A stretch of 64,000 bases of DNA from Erythrobacter sp. (GTDB lineage: Bacteria > Pseudomonadota > Alphaproteobacteria > Sphingomonadales > Sphingomonadaceae): NCBI RefSeq assembly GCF_011765465.1, contig NZ_CP050265.1, forward strand, positions 2,642,425 to 2,706,424, read 5' to 3'. Below the pieces are notes generated by a model that did no database searches, was not told where the DNA came from, and worked only from the letters and a program-made list of their open reading frames with translations. Below are positions 18,106-27,483 of this stretch, piece after piece. Position numbers and translations under genes: made by a program. Position 1 is the first letter of the stretch. Each line of letters starts with the position of its first letter.

Positions 18106-19104
18106 TCAGATCAGCCCGGCCAGCGGGCTCGACGGATCGGCGTAGCGCCGCCGCCCCATGCGCCCGGCGAGATAAGCCTCGCGCCCGGCCTCGACCGCGA
18201 GCTTCATCGCGCGGGCCATGCGCACCGGGTCCTTCGCCTCGGCGATGGCGGTGTTCATCAGGATGCCGTCGCAGCCCAGTTCCATGCCGACCGCCGCATC
18301 CGACGCCGTGCCAACGCCCGCATCGACCAACACCGGCACGTTCGCGCCCTCGACGATCAGGCGGATCGTGACCTGGTTCTGGATCCCGAGCCCCGACCCG
18401 ATCGGCGCGCCCAGCGGCATGATGGCGACCGCGCCCGCGTCCTCCAGCTGCTTCGCCGCGATCGGATCGTCGACGCAATAGACCATCGGCGCGAAGCCTT
18501 CCTTCGCCAGCACCTCGGTCGCGCGGAGTGTCTCGCGCATATCGGGATAGAGCGTCTTGGCCTCGCCCAGCACCTCGAGCTTGACGAGATCCCAGCCGCC
18601 CGCCTCGCGCGCTAGGCGCAGGGTGCGGATCGCGTCCTCGGCGGTGAAGCAGCCCGCCGTATTGGGCAGGTAGGTGATTTTCTTGGGGTCGATGAAGTCG
18701 GTCAGCATCGGCGCCTTGGGATCGGTGACGTTGACCCGGCGCACCGCGACCGTGACGATCTGAGCGCCCGAAGCCTCGACCGCAGCCGCGTTCTGCTCGA
18801 AATCCTTGTATTTCCCCGTTCCCACGATCAGGCGCGAGGTGAAGGTGCGGCCCGCCACCGTCCACGTGTCCGCCGCGCCCGCGCCGGGATCGTCGCCCCC
18901 GCCGACGAAGTGGACGATCTCCAGCACGTCGCCGTCGCCCAGCGCCGCCTCGCCCAGCGTCGAGCGCGGGACGATCTCGCCATTGCGCTCGACCGCGACC
19001 TTTTCGGGCGCAAGGTCCAGTTCGCGCACGAGGTCGGCGATGGTCGCGGCGGGAGTGCGGCGCGATTCGCCGTTGAGGGTGATTGTCTTGCTCAGGGTGG
19101 TCAT
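18106..19104 (-). CDS. thiG: ThiS-ThiG fusion (sulfur carrier + thiazole synthase)
   Basis: N-terminal ThiS (ITLNGE...[10 protein letters not shown]...EIVHFVGGG) fused to ThiG ([35 protein letters not shown]). Alternative start at 19116. Confidence 0.93.
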   Translation of the reverse strand: MTTLSKTITLNGESRRTPAATIADLVRELDLAPEKVAVERNGEIVPRSTLGEAALGDGDVLEIVHFVGGGDDPGAGAADTWTVAGRTFTSRLIVGTGKYKDFEQNAAAVEASGAQIVTVAVRRVNVTDPKAPMLTDFIDPKKITYLPNTAGCFTAEDAIRTLRLAREAGGWDLVKLEVLGEAKTLYPDMRETLRATEVLAKEGFAPMVYCVDDPIAAKQLEDAGAVAIMPLGAPIGSGLGIQNQVTIRLIVEGANVPVLVDAGVGTASDAAVGMELGCDGILMNTAIAEAKDPVRMARAMKLAVEAGREAYLAGRMGRRRYADPSSPLAGLI

Positions 19105-19163
19105 GCCTGCCGACATAGGCGACAGGGACGCGGGCGCAACCGCACTTTTGCCGGGAAAACGGC

Positions 19164-19577
19164 TCAGTGCGCGGCGCGCAGGTTCATCAGGTGCCCGGCG
19201 GAAACCAGCACGACGCCGACCAGCGTCAGCACCATCTCGTCGAACCCGTGCGCCACGGCGAGCGCAACGCCCATGAAGACGAGGCCGATGGTCGCGGTCA
19301 GCAGCGGCGCGGCGTGGCGGTGGCGAATCGCGCCCCAGCCGATTGCGAGCGCGGCAAGCACCAGCGCGAAGGCGAGGCCGACGCGGTGAATGGCCGGTTC
19401 AAGCAGGAAATGCCCGCCCAGCCCCAATGCCGAGACGACCGCCAGCGTGGCGATGCAATGGACCATGCACAGCCCGGCGAGCCCGATCCCGAACTGGTCG
19501 AGCCGGCGGCGAAGCGATGGGCGACCGGAAAGCCAGGTCGCGGAAGGCGTGGTGCGTTGCATTGGTGCGGGCCACAT
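19164..19577 (-). CDS. MerC-domain membrane protein
   Basis: [16 protein letters not shown] motif, four TM helices, C-terminal GHLMN; start uncertain (19577 or 19562). Confidence 0.8.
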   Translation of the reverse strand: MWPAPMQRTTPSATWLSGRPSLRRRLDQFGIGLAGLCMVHCIATLAVVSALGLGGHFLLEPAIHRVGLAFALVLAALAIGWGAIRHRHAAPLLTATIGLVFMGVALAVAHGFDEMVLTLVGVVLVSAGHLMNLRAAH

Positions 19578-19693
19578 ATGTAACAGGGTAACATGATGCA
19601 AGCGCAAACAGCCGCTTTTGCGGCCCGCGCACGCCTTCTTGCGGCAAACGGTCTTGCACATTGTCCGCGCGCGGCACATTTGTGCGCGCAATC

Positions 19694-20782
19694 ATGGCCA
19701 GCATCGCTTCCTCTCCCGCCGCGACGGGCCCCGTCCTGCAGGGCCGCGCCCGCCCGCTCGCGATCGCGCGCTGGCTTCGGGTGACCGCCTTCCTCGTCGT
19801 GTGCATCGTCGTCGTCGGCGGGATCACGCGTCTCACCGAAAGCGGGCTGTCGATCACCGAATGGAACGTCGCCTCGGGCGTGCTCCCGCCGCTGAGCGAG
19901 GCCGAATGGCAGGCCGAATTCGCCAAGTACCGCGCGACGCCCGAATACCGCTACGAGGCGAGCCTCGGCGGCATGACGCTGGCCGATTTCAAGTTCATCT
20001 TCTTCTGGGAATGGTTCCACCGCCTGCTCGCCCGCGCGGTCGGCGCGGTCTATGCGCTGGGTCTCGTCTGGTTCTGGGTGAAGGGCGCGATTCCGACAGG
20101 GTTCAAGCCGCGCCTCGTCGGCCTGCTCGCGCTGGGCGGCCTTCAGGGGCTGTTCGGCTGGCTGATGGTCCAGTCCGGCCTCACCGGGAACATGACCGAC
20201 GTGAGCCATTTCCGCCTCTCGGTCCATCTGTTGACCGCCCTGGCGCTGCTTGCCGGGCTGGTCTGGACCGCGCTCGACATGAAGCGGCTCGCGCGCGATC
20301 CCGATGCCCGGCCCGCCCCGCTCACGCCGGGCTCGGCGCTGGTGGCGGCGGTGCTGTTCGTGCAATTGCTGCTCGGCGCGTGGGTCGCCGGGCTCAACGC
20401 GGGCCATGCCGCCTATGACTGGCCGCTGATGAACGGACGGCTGGTGCCCGAGATCGACTGGTCGGCGGGGGTGTTCTGGACGCTCACCAACGATCCCTAC
20501 CTGCTGCAGTGGCTGCACCGCTGGTGGGCGTGGGTCGCCGTTGCCGCGCTGGTCTGGCTCGCCCGGCGGGTGCGCGCATCCGACCGGCCCGCCTCGATCG
20601 CGGTCCACACCGCCTTCGGGACTATGGTGCTGCTCGGAATCGCGACGGTGATGAGCGAGGTGTCGCTATGGGTCGCCTCGGCACACCAGCTGGTCGGTGC
20701 GCTGACCGTCGCGGCGACGGTCTGGGCGATGCATTCCGACGGGATCGCGCGCCGCCGGGCGAAGAACGCGCTCGCCCGATGA
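19694..20782 (+). CDS. ctaA: Heme A synthase (COX15/CtaA family)
   Basis: VGGITRLTESGLSITEW, FFWEWFHRL, VSHFRLSVHL and HQLVG motifs. Confidence 0.93.
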   Translation: MASIASSPAATGPVLQGRARPLAIARWLRVTAFLVVCIVVVGGITRLTESGLSITEWNVASGVLPPLSEAEWQAEFAKYRATPEYRYEASLGGMTLADFKFIFFWEWFHRLLARAVGAVYALGLVWFWVKGAIPTGFKPRLVGLLALGGLQGLFGWLMVQSGLTGNMTDVSHFRLSVHLLTALALLAGLVWTALDMKRLARDPDARPAPLTPGSALVAAVLFVQLLLGAWVAGLNAGHAAYDWPLMNGRLVPEIDWSAGVFWTLTNDPYLLQWLHRWWAWVAVAALVWLARRVRASDRPASIAVHTAFGTMVLLGIATVMSEVSLWVASAHQLVGALTVAATVWAMHSDGIARRRAKNALAR

Positions 20783-21114
20783 GCGGCGGTCAAACCGCTG
20801 GCGCGCTCGCCTACGCCCCCTTCCCCGACCGTGACAGCGCGCGCGAAATCGCGGGCACGCTGCTCGCCGAAAAGCTGATCGCCTGCGCCAATATCCTCGG
20901 CGCGGTCGAATCCGTCTTCGAATGGAACGGCGAGCGCGCGAGCGAAGAGGAAGTCGGCGTTTTGTTCAAGACCACCGCCGCCGCGCTCGAGCCGCTCATC
21001 GCGCGTTTGGGCGAACTCCATCCCTATGATACACCGGCCATTCTCGGGTGGCGGGCGGATGCCGGCCACCCGGCGACGCTGGACTGGCTGGCCGCGACCG
21101 TCGCGCCCGCCTGA
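20779..21114 (+). CDS. cutA: Divalent-cation tolerance protein CutA
   Basis: LIACANI, VESVFEWNG and HPYDTPAI motifs; ATGA overlap with ctaA. Confidence 0.9.
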   Translation: MSGGQTAGALAYAPFPDRDSAREIAGTLLAEKLIACANILGAVESVFEWNGERASEEEVGVLFKTTAAALEPLIARLGELHPYDTPAILGWRADAGHPATLDWLAATVAPA

Positions 21115-21150
21115 CGGCGGCGGGGGTTGCGAGGGGACCAGGACCGGGAA

Positions 21151-21897
21151 ATGAAAGGGTGCAGTCGGCGCGATGTCCTGCGGGGCGGCAGTGCCCTGAT
21201 GGGGTGGGCCGTATCGGGCGGGCTGGGAGCCTTTGCTCTCACCCTCCGTCCGGCCCTTGCGGCGCAGCCGGTCCCCATACCTCAAGGCCCGATGCGCCTG
21301 TCCCGCCGGATCGAGCGCTACCTTGCCGACGGGAGACGGCTGGCCGTCGCGCGCGAATGGGAAGTCACCTTCACCCGCGGGGGGCGCGGCATCGCGCTCG
21401 CCGGGCGGCAGCTTTCGGCGCGGGTGGATGCGCCGGGCGACCTCGCCCCGGTCGCGCAGGTCGAGGAGGGCCGCTCGACCGCGGGGATGTGGCCGATCCT
21501 GCTTGCACCGGAGGGGACGATCTTCGCTGCCGGGGACGGGCTCGAGGGCAATGACCCCGCCGCGCTTGCCCTGCGGCTCGAACGCGTCATCGCCGAACAG
21601 CGCCTTTCCCCCGCGCAGGCGGAGCGGCAGCGCGCCGTCTTCGCCGAATTGCGCGGGCTCGGCAGGACTTTGCTCGCGAACCTTCCCGAAGACCTGTTCT
21701 ACCCGCGCGGGGAGCCGATCCGGCGAAGCGGCGACATGACCTTTCCCGGCGATCTTACGGGCAGCTTCGAACTGGTCTACCTCGCCCTGCCCGCTGCGGG
21801 CCGGCCGTGGCTCGGCGAGGCGATGCGCGAGATCGTGACCCGGGTCGGCGATGACGAGCGACGCGCGCGCGAAAGCTGGCGCATGGCGCCCGCCTGA
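21151..21897 (+). CDS. Hypothetical protein with twin-arginine (Tat) signal
   Basis: MKGCSRRDVLRGG followed by a hydrophobic stretch and an AxA cleavage site (PALA). Confidence 0.65.
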   Translation: MKGCSRRDVLRGGSALMGWAVSGGLGAFALTLRPALAAQPVPIPQGPMRLSRRIERYLADGRRLAVAREWEVTFTRGGRGIALAGRQLSARVDAPGDLAPVAQVEEGRSTAGMWPILLAPEGTIFAAGDGLEGNDPAALALRLERVIAEQRLSPAQAERQRAVFAELRGLGRTLLANLPEDLFYPRGEPIRRSGDMTFPGDLTGSFELVYLALPAAGRPWLGEAMREIVTRVGDDERRARESWRMAPA

Positions 21898-22081
21898 ACC
21901 GCGCCCGGTCGCCTGACGGTATCATTTTACCTCCTCGGAAAGGCCCGCTTTCGCTTGACTTGGACGGGTCGAGCGCACAAATGCGCGGCTGCTCGCCGCC
22001 CGGCAGGGACGCACTTGGATCGATTCGATCCGCCCCCCGCCGCTCGCGGCATCACACGCAAGACACCAAGGACGCATAGCC

Positions 22082-22561
22082 ATGAAGGCGCTCAGCAAGC
22101 AGACCCGGTCGATCAAGCCGGCCGAGGTCGAAAAGAACTGGCACCTGATCGATGCCGAGGACCTCGTCGTGGGCCGCCTCGCCTCGATCATCGCCAACAT
22201 CCTGCGCGGCAAGAACAAGCCGAGCTACACCCCGCACGTCGATTGCGGCGACCACGTGATCGTCATCAATGTCGACAAGGTGAAGTTCACCGGCAAGAAG
22301 ACGCAGGACAAGCGGTATTACAAGCACACCGGCTATCCCGGCGGCATCAAGGAAACGAGCCCGGCCAAGGTGCTCGAAGGCCGTTTCCCCGAGCGCGTGC
22401 TCGAAAAGGCGGTCGAACGCATGATTCCGCGCGGCCCGCTCGGCCGCCAGCAGATGAAGGCGCTGCACCTCTATGCCGGGACCGAGCATCCCCATGCCGG
22501 GCAGAACCCGCAGGTGCTCGACGTCGCTTCCATGAACCGCAAGAACAAGGTTTCCGCCTGA
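22082..22561 (+). CDS. rplM: 50S ribosomal protein L13
   Basis: [21 protein letters not shown] and MIPRGPLGR motifs. Confidence 0.98.
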   Translation: MKALSKQTRSIKPAEVEKNWHLIDAEDLVVGRLASIIANILRGKNKPSYTPHVDCGDHVIVINVDKVKFTGKKTQDKRYYKHTGYPGGIKETSPAKVLEGRFPERVLEKAVERMIPRGPLGRQQMKALHLYAGTEHPHAGQNPQVLDVASMNRKNKVSA

Positions 22562-23079
22562 TGGCTGACGAAAAGAACACCGTGTCCGACCTTTCGGACA
22601 TCAAGGACATCGCTGGCGACGCCCCCGAAGCCGATGCCGCCGAAATCGCCCAGAACCCCGCCGCCCCGCTGCGCGAGCAGGAGCTCGACGCGCAGGGCCG
22701 CGCCTATGCCACCGGCCGCCGCAAGGACGCCGTGGCGCGCGTCTGGGTCAAGCCGGGCACGGGCAAGGTGACCGTCAACGGCAAGGACCAGGAAGTCTAC
22801 TTCGCGCGTCCGACCCTGCGGCTCATCATCAACCAGCCCTTCGCCATCACCGACCGCGACGGCCAGTACGATGTCGTCGCCACGGTGCGCGGCGGCGGCC
22901 TTTCGGGCCAGGCCGGCGCGGTCAAGCACGGCATCAGCCAGGCCCTGACCAAGTACGAGCCCGCGCTGCGCGGCATCGTCAAGTCGGCCGGCTTCCTCAC
23001 CCGCGACAGCCGCGTGGTCGAGCGCAAAAAGTACGGCAAGGCCAAGGCCCGCCGGAGCTTCCAGTTCTCGAAGCGCTGA
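22561..23079 (+). CDS. rpsI: 30S ribosomal protein S9
   Basis: [23 protein letters not shown] and C-terminal QFSKR; ATG overlaps the rplM stop. Confidence 0.98.
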   Translation: MADEKNTVSDLSDIKDIAGDAPEADAAEIAQNPAAPLREQELDAQGRAYATGRRKDAVARVWVKPGTGKVTVNGKDQEVYFARPTLRLIINQPFAITDRDGQYDVVATVRGGGLSGQAGAVKHGISQALTKYEPALRGIVKSAGFLTRDSRVVERKKYGKAKARRSFQFSKR

Positions 23080-23101
23080 TCGCTTCTCACACGCACACGC
23101 G

Positions 23102-23136
23102 AAAGGGCGGCTTCCCGGTGGGGGAGCCGCCCTTTT
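23102..23136 (+). terminator. Rho-independent terminator after rpsI (possibly bidirectional)
   Basis: AAAGGGCGGCTTCCC-loop-GGGGAGCCGCCCTTTT. Confidence 0.85.
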
Positions 23137-23157
23137 CTCTTGTCGAGCGGGCCGTGC

Positions 23158-23355
23158 TCAGCGCTGGAGCAGGATCAGCCCCCAGGCGATGCCGCTGCCC
23201 GAAAAGAACAGCGGCCACGACCAGAACAGGCGGACATCGCCCACTTGCACCGCTTCGATCGCGAGCCGTCCGCCGCTCGATCCCTGCGATCCGATGACGA
23301 GCGCGACGCAGCCCGTGACGATTGCGCCAAAGACCAGTGCCTTCAACATGACCAT
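23158..23355 (-). CDS. Small hypothetical membrane protein (about 65 aa)
   Basis: GGAGG upstream of MVMLKALVFGAIV...; two hydrophobic segments; LFWSWPLF. Confidence 0.65.
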   Translation of the reverse strand: MVMLKALVFGAIVTGCVALVIGSQGSSGGRLAIEAVQVGDVRLFWSWPLFFSGSGIAWGLILLQR

Positions 23356-23496
23356 CGCCTCCCCCGCCCCTGCCGGCGGGAATGGGTTGCACATCGCGGC
23401 CCCGCGGCGCGGAGCACCCGCGGCACCGGGGACAAACATCATCAAGAATCCCTTAACGCGGGTCTGACGGGCAGGGTTAAGGCGTTTTCACCGGCC

Positions 23497-24279
23497 TCAG
23501 CCCGCCAGCCTGTGCTGCGCGGGCGCGGCGAGTCCGGCCTCGTCCACGACCCGCAGCTCGCTCTCGATCCGCCCGCCGCGCTCGCAGCGCAGCACCCGGT
23601 ACGAAGGCGGCGCGCCATCGCGCAGGCGGGTCGAAAGCGTGCCCGCCCCGATCATCCGCATCGCCCGTCCGCCGCGCTCGCGGACCTCGTCGAAGGGCAC
23701 GTGGACATGGCCCGACATCACCGCATGGGCGCCCGCGCGGGCGAGCGCGGCGAAGGCTTCGTCCCCGCCGATGGTCGGGTTGCGTCCCTCGTCACGCGGG
23801 CCCAGCAGCGGGTGATGCGCGGTGACGATGATAGAGCGTGGATCGCCCTCGAGCGCTTCGAGCGCCGCCAGCGTCTCGGCCAGCGCGCGGCGCGTCACCA
23901 CGCCGTCCGACCACGGGAAACGCCTTTGCGCCCGCACCGTCGTGTTGAGCGGAACCAGCACCACGTCATCCGAGTCGAAGGGCCGTCCGAGCGCCGAGCG
24001 CAGCCGGCGATAGCGGCGCAAGGGATCGGTGAAGCGCTCCCACAGGTTGTAATAGGGCATATCGTGATTGCCCGGATCGATCAGCACCGGCACGTCGAGC
24101 GAGGCGAACCAGCGCCGCGCCGCTTCGTATTCGCGGTGCTTCGCGCGCTGGGTGAGATCACCGGTGCACACCAGTGCGTCCGGAGTCTCGCGCGCGATCG
24201 CGTCCTCGACCGCGGCGAGCGCGGCGCGGTTCTCGACCCCGAAATGGATATCGCTGACGTGGAACAGGGTCGTCGTCAT
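23497..24279 (-). CDS. Metallophosphoesterase (calcineurin-like, CpdA/Icc type)
   Basis: SDIH, TGDL, PGNHD, HHP and GHVH motifs. Confidence 0.9.
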   Translation of the reverse strand: MTTTLFHVSDIHFGVENRAALAAVEDAIARETPDALVCTGDLTQRAKHREYEAARRWFASLDVPVLIDPGNHDMPYYNLWERFTDPLRRYRRLRSALGRPFDSDDVVLVPLNTTVRAQRRFPWSDGVVTRRALAETLAALEALEGDPRSIIVTAHHPLLGPRDEGRNPTIGGDEAFAALARAGAHAVMSGHVHVPFDEVRERGGRAMRMIGAGTLSTRLRDGAPPSYRVLRCERGGRIESELRVVDEAGLAAPAQHRLAG

Positions 24280-24548
24280 ACCCGCCCGCTCAGGATCAGC
24301 CAGCCGGCGAGCGCATTGAGGCCGCTATAGGCGGCATAGGCCCAGGCAAGGCCCGGCCAGCCGTTCGCGGCGAGCAGCATGGCCGTCAGCAGGACAATGA
24401 ATTCCGCGATCAGCGTCAGCCGCCGACCGATCCAGCCGACCGAGCGCGGTATCTGCCCGATCAGCGGGTGGCCGCTTTCGAGCACCGCCCGGTGCAGCGC
24501 GAAATTGCCGATGCCGAGGCAGAAGATGACGATGACGCCCAGTCCCAT
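24276..24548 (-). CDS. Small hypothetical membrane protein
   Basis: 90 aa with three hydrophobic segments; stop overlaps the phosphoesterase start (ATGA). Confidence 0.7.
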   Translation of the reverse strand: MGLGVIVIFCLGIGNFALHRAVLESGHPLIGQIPRSVGWIGRRLTLIAEFIVLLTAMLLAANGWPGLAWAYAAYSGLNALAGWLILSGRV

Positions 24549-24790
24549 GGGCGCGCCTTATGGCGCAGACGCCGGTCGGGTGGAAAGTGCCATTTGTCGG
24601 GGATCCGACCTCCTTGGTCGGGGGCGGATGCCTTCCATCGACGATTACGGGCGTTTTCGTCGAGACGCGATGGAGCGAGCAGCGCCGCTGCCTTACCACC
24701 CTAAGACAGCAGGACGCGGCACCCCCGATGGCTCCATCCCGCAAAGGAGCTCCCCCAACCCCGCCCGCGCCCTGCCGGAGGAGAAATGCC

Positions 24791-25102
24791 ATGAAGACTT
24801 TCGCTATCGCAGCCGCCGCTTTCGGCCTTGCCGTCACCGCCACCCCGGCTTTCGCCGGCGGGATCGAGGAGCGCAACACGATGCAGGTCAGCCTCGCCGG
24901 GCTCGATCTCGACACGCCGGAAGGGCAGGAAATGCTCGACCAGCGGATCGAGCGCGCCGCCCGCGACGTGTGCCAGCTCGACCGGATGCGCACCGGCACG
25001 CGGCTCCAGTCGAACGCGGCGAAGGAATGCTACGCCAAGGCCAAGGCCAGCGCCAAGCAGCAGGTCGCGGCGATGCTCGAGAACCAGCGCCGCGGCGGTT
25101 GA
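24791..25102 (+). CDS. UrcA-family exported protein
   Basis: Signal peptide, then VSLAGLDLDTPEG...LDQRIERAARDVC and a second Cys (C..KA); GGAGGAG RBS. Confidence 0.85.
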   Translation: MKTFAIAAAAFGLAVTATPAFAGGIEERNTMQVSLAGLDLDTPEGQEMLDQRIERAARDVCQLDRMRTGTRLQSNAAKECYAKAKASAKQQVAAMLENQRRGG

Positions 25103-25153
25103 TCCGACTAGGCGCACCCACCTGCCCCGCACCCCGAACGCGCGGCAGACCTT

Positions 25154-25195
25154 ACGGCCCGAACCCTTCCAGTCCCTGGGGTTCGGGCCGTTTTT
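25154..25195 (+). terminator. Rho-independent terminator between convergent UrcA and LytTR genes
   Basis: ACGGCCCGAACCC...GGGTTCGGGCCGT (13-bp stem) followed by a T run. Confidence 0.8.
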
Positions 25196-25244
25196 CGTGT
25201 GTGACAGGCGGTCCGGACTGCGCCCCGGCGCGGTCCGAGAACCC

Positions 25245-26024
25245 TTAGCGGCCCGCCATCGCCTTGACCTTGGAAAGATAGGTCCGCCCGATCCTCAACG
25301 CCTCGCCGTTCTGGAGTTCGGCCGACCACACGCCGAGCCCGTCGTGGCGCAGCCCTCGGATATTGTCGCGCTTGAGGATGGTGGAGCGGTGGATGCGGAT
25401 GAATTTCTCCGGGTCGAGCCGCGCCTCGAGCCCCGCGATCGTCTGCAGCAGGAGGTAGGATCGCCCGGCCTCGCCGTCCTCCGCCGGATCGCCGACGTGA
25501 AGGCGGACATAGTCGCGCTCGGCATCGATTCGGTGGACCTCGTCGACATCGATGCGCAGCAGTTCGGAGCGGTGCGGAACCCACAATTCCTCGAGCCACT
25601 GGCTCGATCCCTTGCGCTCCCCGCCGCCCTGTTCGCCGCGCCGCGCCACGGCGCGCTCGATCGCGCGTTCGAGCCGGTCGGCCGCGACGGGTTTCAACAC
25701 ATAGTCGATCGCCTCCAGATCGAACGCCTCGACCGCGAAATGATCGTGCGCGGTGACGAAGATGACGGCGGGCGGGTCGTCGCTTTCCGCGAACTTGCGC
25801 GCGACGCCCAGCCCGTCGAGCTCGGGCATGGTCATGTCGAGCAGGACGAGGTCGGGCGTCAGCTTTTCGGCAAGCCGCAGCGCGGCGGCCCCGTCGCTGG
25901 CCGTGCCGACCACGCGGATCGCGGGGATTTCCGCGCAGATCACCTGGATGCGCTCGACCGCGAGCGGTTCGTCGTCGACGATCAGGGTTCTCAGCGCGCT
26001 GTTTTCGGTATCGCTTTCGGACAT
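25245..26024 (-). CDS. LytTR-family response regulator
   Basis: Receiver domain (IVDDEPLA, LLDMTMP, FVTAH, DYVLKP) plus LytTR domain (FIRIHRS). Confidence 0.92.
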   Translation of the reverse strand: MSESDTENSALRTLIVDDEPLAVERIQVICAEIPAIRVVGTASDGAAALRLAEKLTPDLVLLDMTMPELDGLGVARKFAESDDPPAVIFVTAHDHFAVEAFDLEAIDYVLKPVAADRLERAIERAVARRGEQGGGERKGSSQWLEELWVPHRSELLRIDVDEVHRIDAERDYVRLHVGDPAEDGEAGRSYLLLQTIAGLEARLDPEKFIRIHRSTILKRDNIRGLRHDGLGVWSAELQNGEALRIGRTYLSKVKAMAGR

Positions 26025-26043
26025 TTCGTGCCTCCCGGGCCGC

Positions 26044-27342
26044 TTACCCCTTTCGGCGGGTCCGCGCGGAGGCGGGCCGCGAGAGCGGGATGCGGATCTC
26101 GGTGCGGTATCCACCCCGAACCGGTGCGGATGTAAAGCCGATATCCGGGCCGAAGCGCGCTTCCAGCCGGTCGCGGACATTGGCGAGCCCGATGCCGAAG
26201 CCGTGGGAGGTATCGTCCGGAACGCCCGGCCCGTCGTCGCTGACGGTGATCACCAGCCGGTCGAATTCCTCGCGCGCAGCGAGCGTTATCGTGACTTTGC
26301 GCGAGACGGCGGAGACGGCGTATTTCACGGAATTCTCGACCAGCGGCTGCAGGATCATGCCCGGCACGCGCGCCTGTTCGAGATCCTCGGGCAAGTCGAA
26401 CTCGCACACCAGCCGGTCGGGAAAGCGCACCGCCTCGATGTCGAGATAGAGCTTCTGCAGATCGAATTCGTCGGCCAGCGGCACGTCGCTGGTCGGCTCG
26501 TCGGCGAGGGAGTGGCGATAGAAGCGACTGATGGTCTGGATCATCCGTTCGGCCCGGTCGCGCTTGCCGGTCATCACAAGAGCGGAGAGCGAATTCAAAG
26601 TGTTGAACAGGAAATGCGGGTTCACCTGGTAGCGCAGGGACCGCAATTCGGCGGCCTTGGCGGCGGAGCGGAACTGCTCCTCGCGCCGCTGCGCCGCGCG
26701 CGCCTGAACCCCTGCAAGCAGGGCGAAATAGGTCGAAGCCCAGGCGAGCAGCAGGAAATAGCGCCCGAGCGCGATGTCGAGCAGCTTGCGCCAGAAATCG
26801 GCCGTGGTCTCGGCCGGCGCGATGATGACGCTTTCGGACTGGACCACTTCGCGCCCCTCGCCGGGCCGTTCGGGATCGGCCGGGCTGATCCGCCGCACCG
26901 GCACGTCGACCAGCAGGTTACCCGCCTCGTCGCGCCTGAGGTTGAGGTTGTTCTTGCGCGCGTATTCGGCTTCCTGCCGCGCCTGGATGTCCTCGAACAT
27001 CATCTGGTTCACCTGCCCGATCGCCATCGCGACCGGGAAGGCGAAGATGATCGCGGCGAAGATTTTCACCCACAGCGCGCGCTGGTCGAACAGGCGCAGG
27101 ACGAACCACAGGACCACGGTGAAGCCGACGCCGAGCGCGGTGACGATCAGCCGCCGCCACGCCATTTCGAATTGCAGCCCGAAATCCATCACCAGGCTGC
27201 GCGCCGTGATGAGCACGAAATAGGTCGCCCACAGCACGATCATCGAGACGAGGACCGTGCGGAAGGGGACGCTCACCGGCTCCTTGCGGGCGGGCGTCTT
27301 GGGGGCGCTTTCGACGCCGACGGGGTTCAGGAACGAAGCCAT
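26044..27342 (-). CDS. LytS-type sensor histidine kinase
   Basis: N-terminal TMs; LRYQVNPHFLFNTLN H-box; QPLVENSVKY, DDGPG and GIGLANV. Confidence 0.92.
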   Translation of the reverse strand: MASFLNPVGVESAPKTPARKEPVSVPFRTVLVSMIVLWATYFVLITARSLVMDFGLQFEMAWRRLIVTALGVGFTVVLWFVLRLFDQRALWVKIFAAIIFAFPVAMAIGQVNQMMFEDIQARQEAEYARKNNLNLRRDEAGNLLVDVPVRRISPADPERPGEGREVVQSESVIIAPAETTADFWRKLLDIALGRYFLLLAWASTYFALLAGVQARAAQRREEQFRSAAKAAELRSLRYQVNPHFLFNTLNSLSALVMTGKRDRAERMIQTISRFYRHSLADEPTSDVPLADEFDLQKLYLDIEAVRFPDRLVCEFDLPEDLEQARVPGMILQPLVENSVKYAVSAVSRKVTITLAAREEFDRLVITVSDDGPGVPDDTSHGFGIGLANVRDRLEARFGPDIGFTSAPVRGGYRTEIRIPLSRPASARTRRKG

Positions 27343-27483
27343 GACAGACCTGCGACATAGCGACGCGCGGGTTTACGCGCCATTGCCGCGCGCCCCGATC
27401 GTCGGACAGGATCGCCCCTTGGTCGAAAGCCGTTCATGCAGGAGCAAGGAAAGCGGCGCCCCCGCCCTTTCCGCCGACAGCCC

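Noticed and set aside
19105-19163. TPP riboswitch upstream of thiS-thiG
   Set aside because: Gap is only about 60 nt and lacks the GCUGAGA and CUGAU core motifs.
11561-23136. Shared AAAGGGCGGC...GCCGCCC arms of the hairpins at 11561 and 23102 as a repeat family
   Set aside because: Only two copies with different loops, both explained as GC-rich intrinsic terminators.
24251-24266. parS half-site ACGTGGAACA
   Set aside because: Left half absent, 24 kb from the cluster, and explained by the conserved LFHVSDIH phosphoesterase motif.
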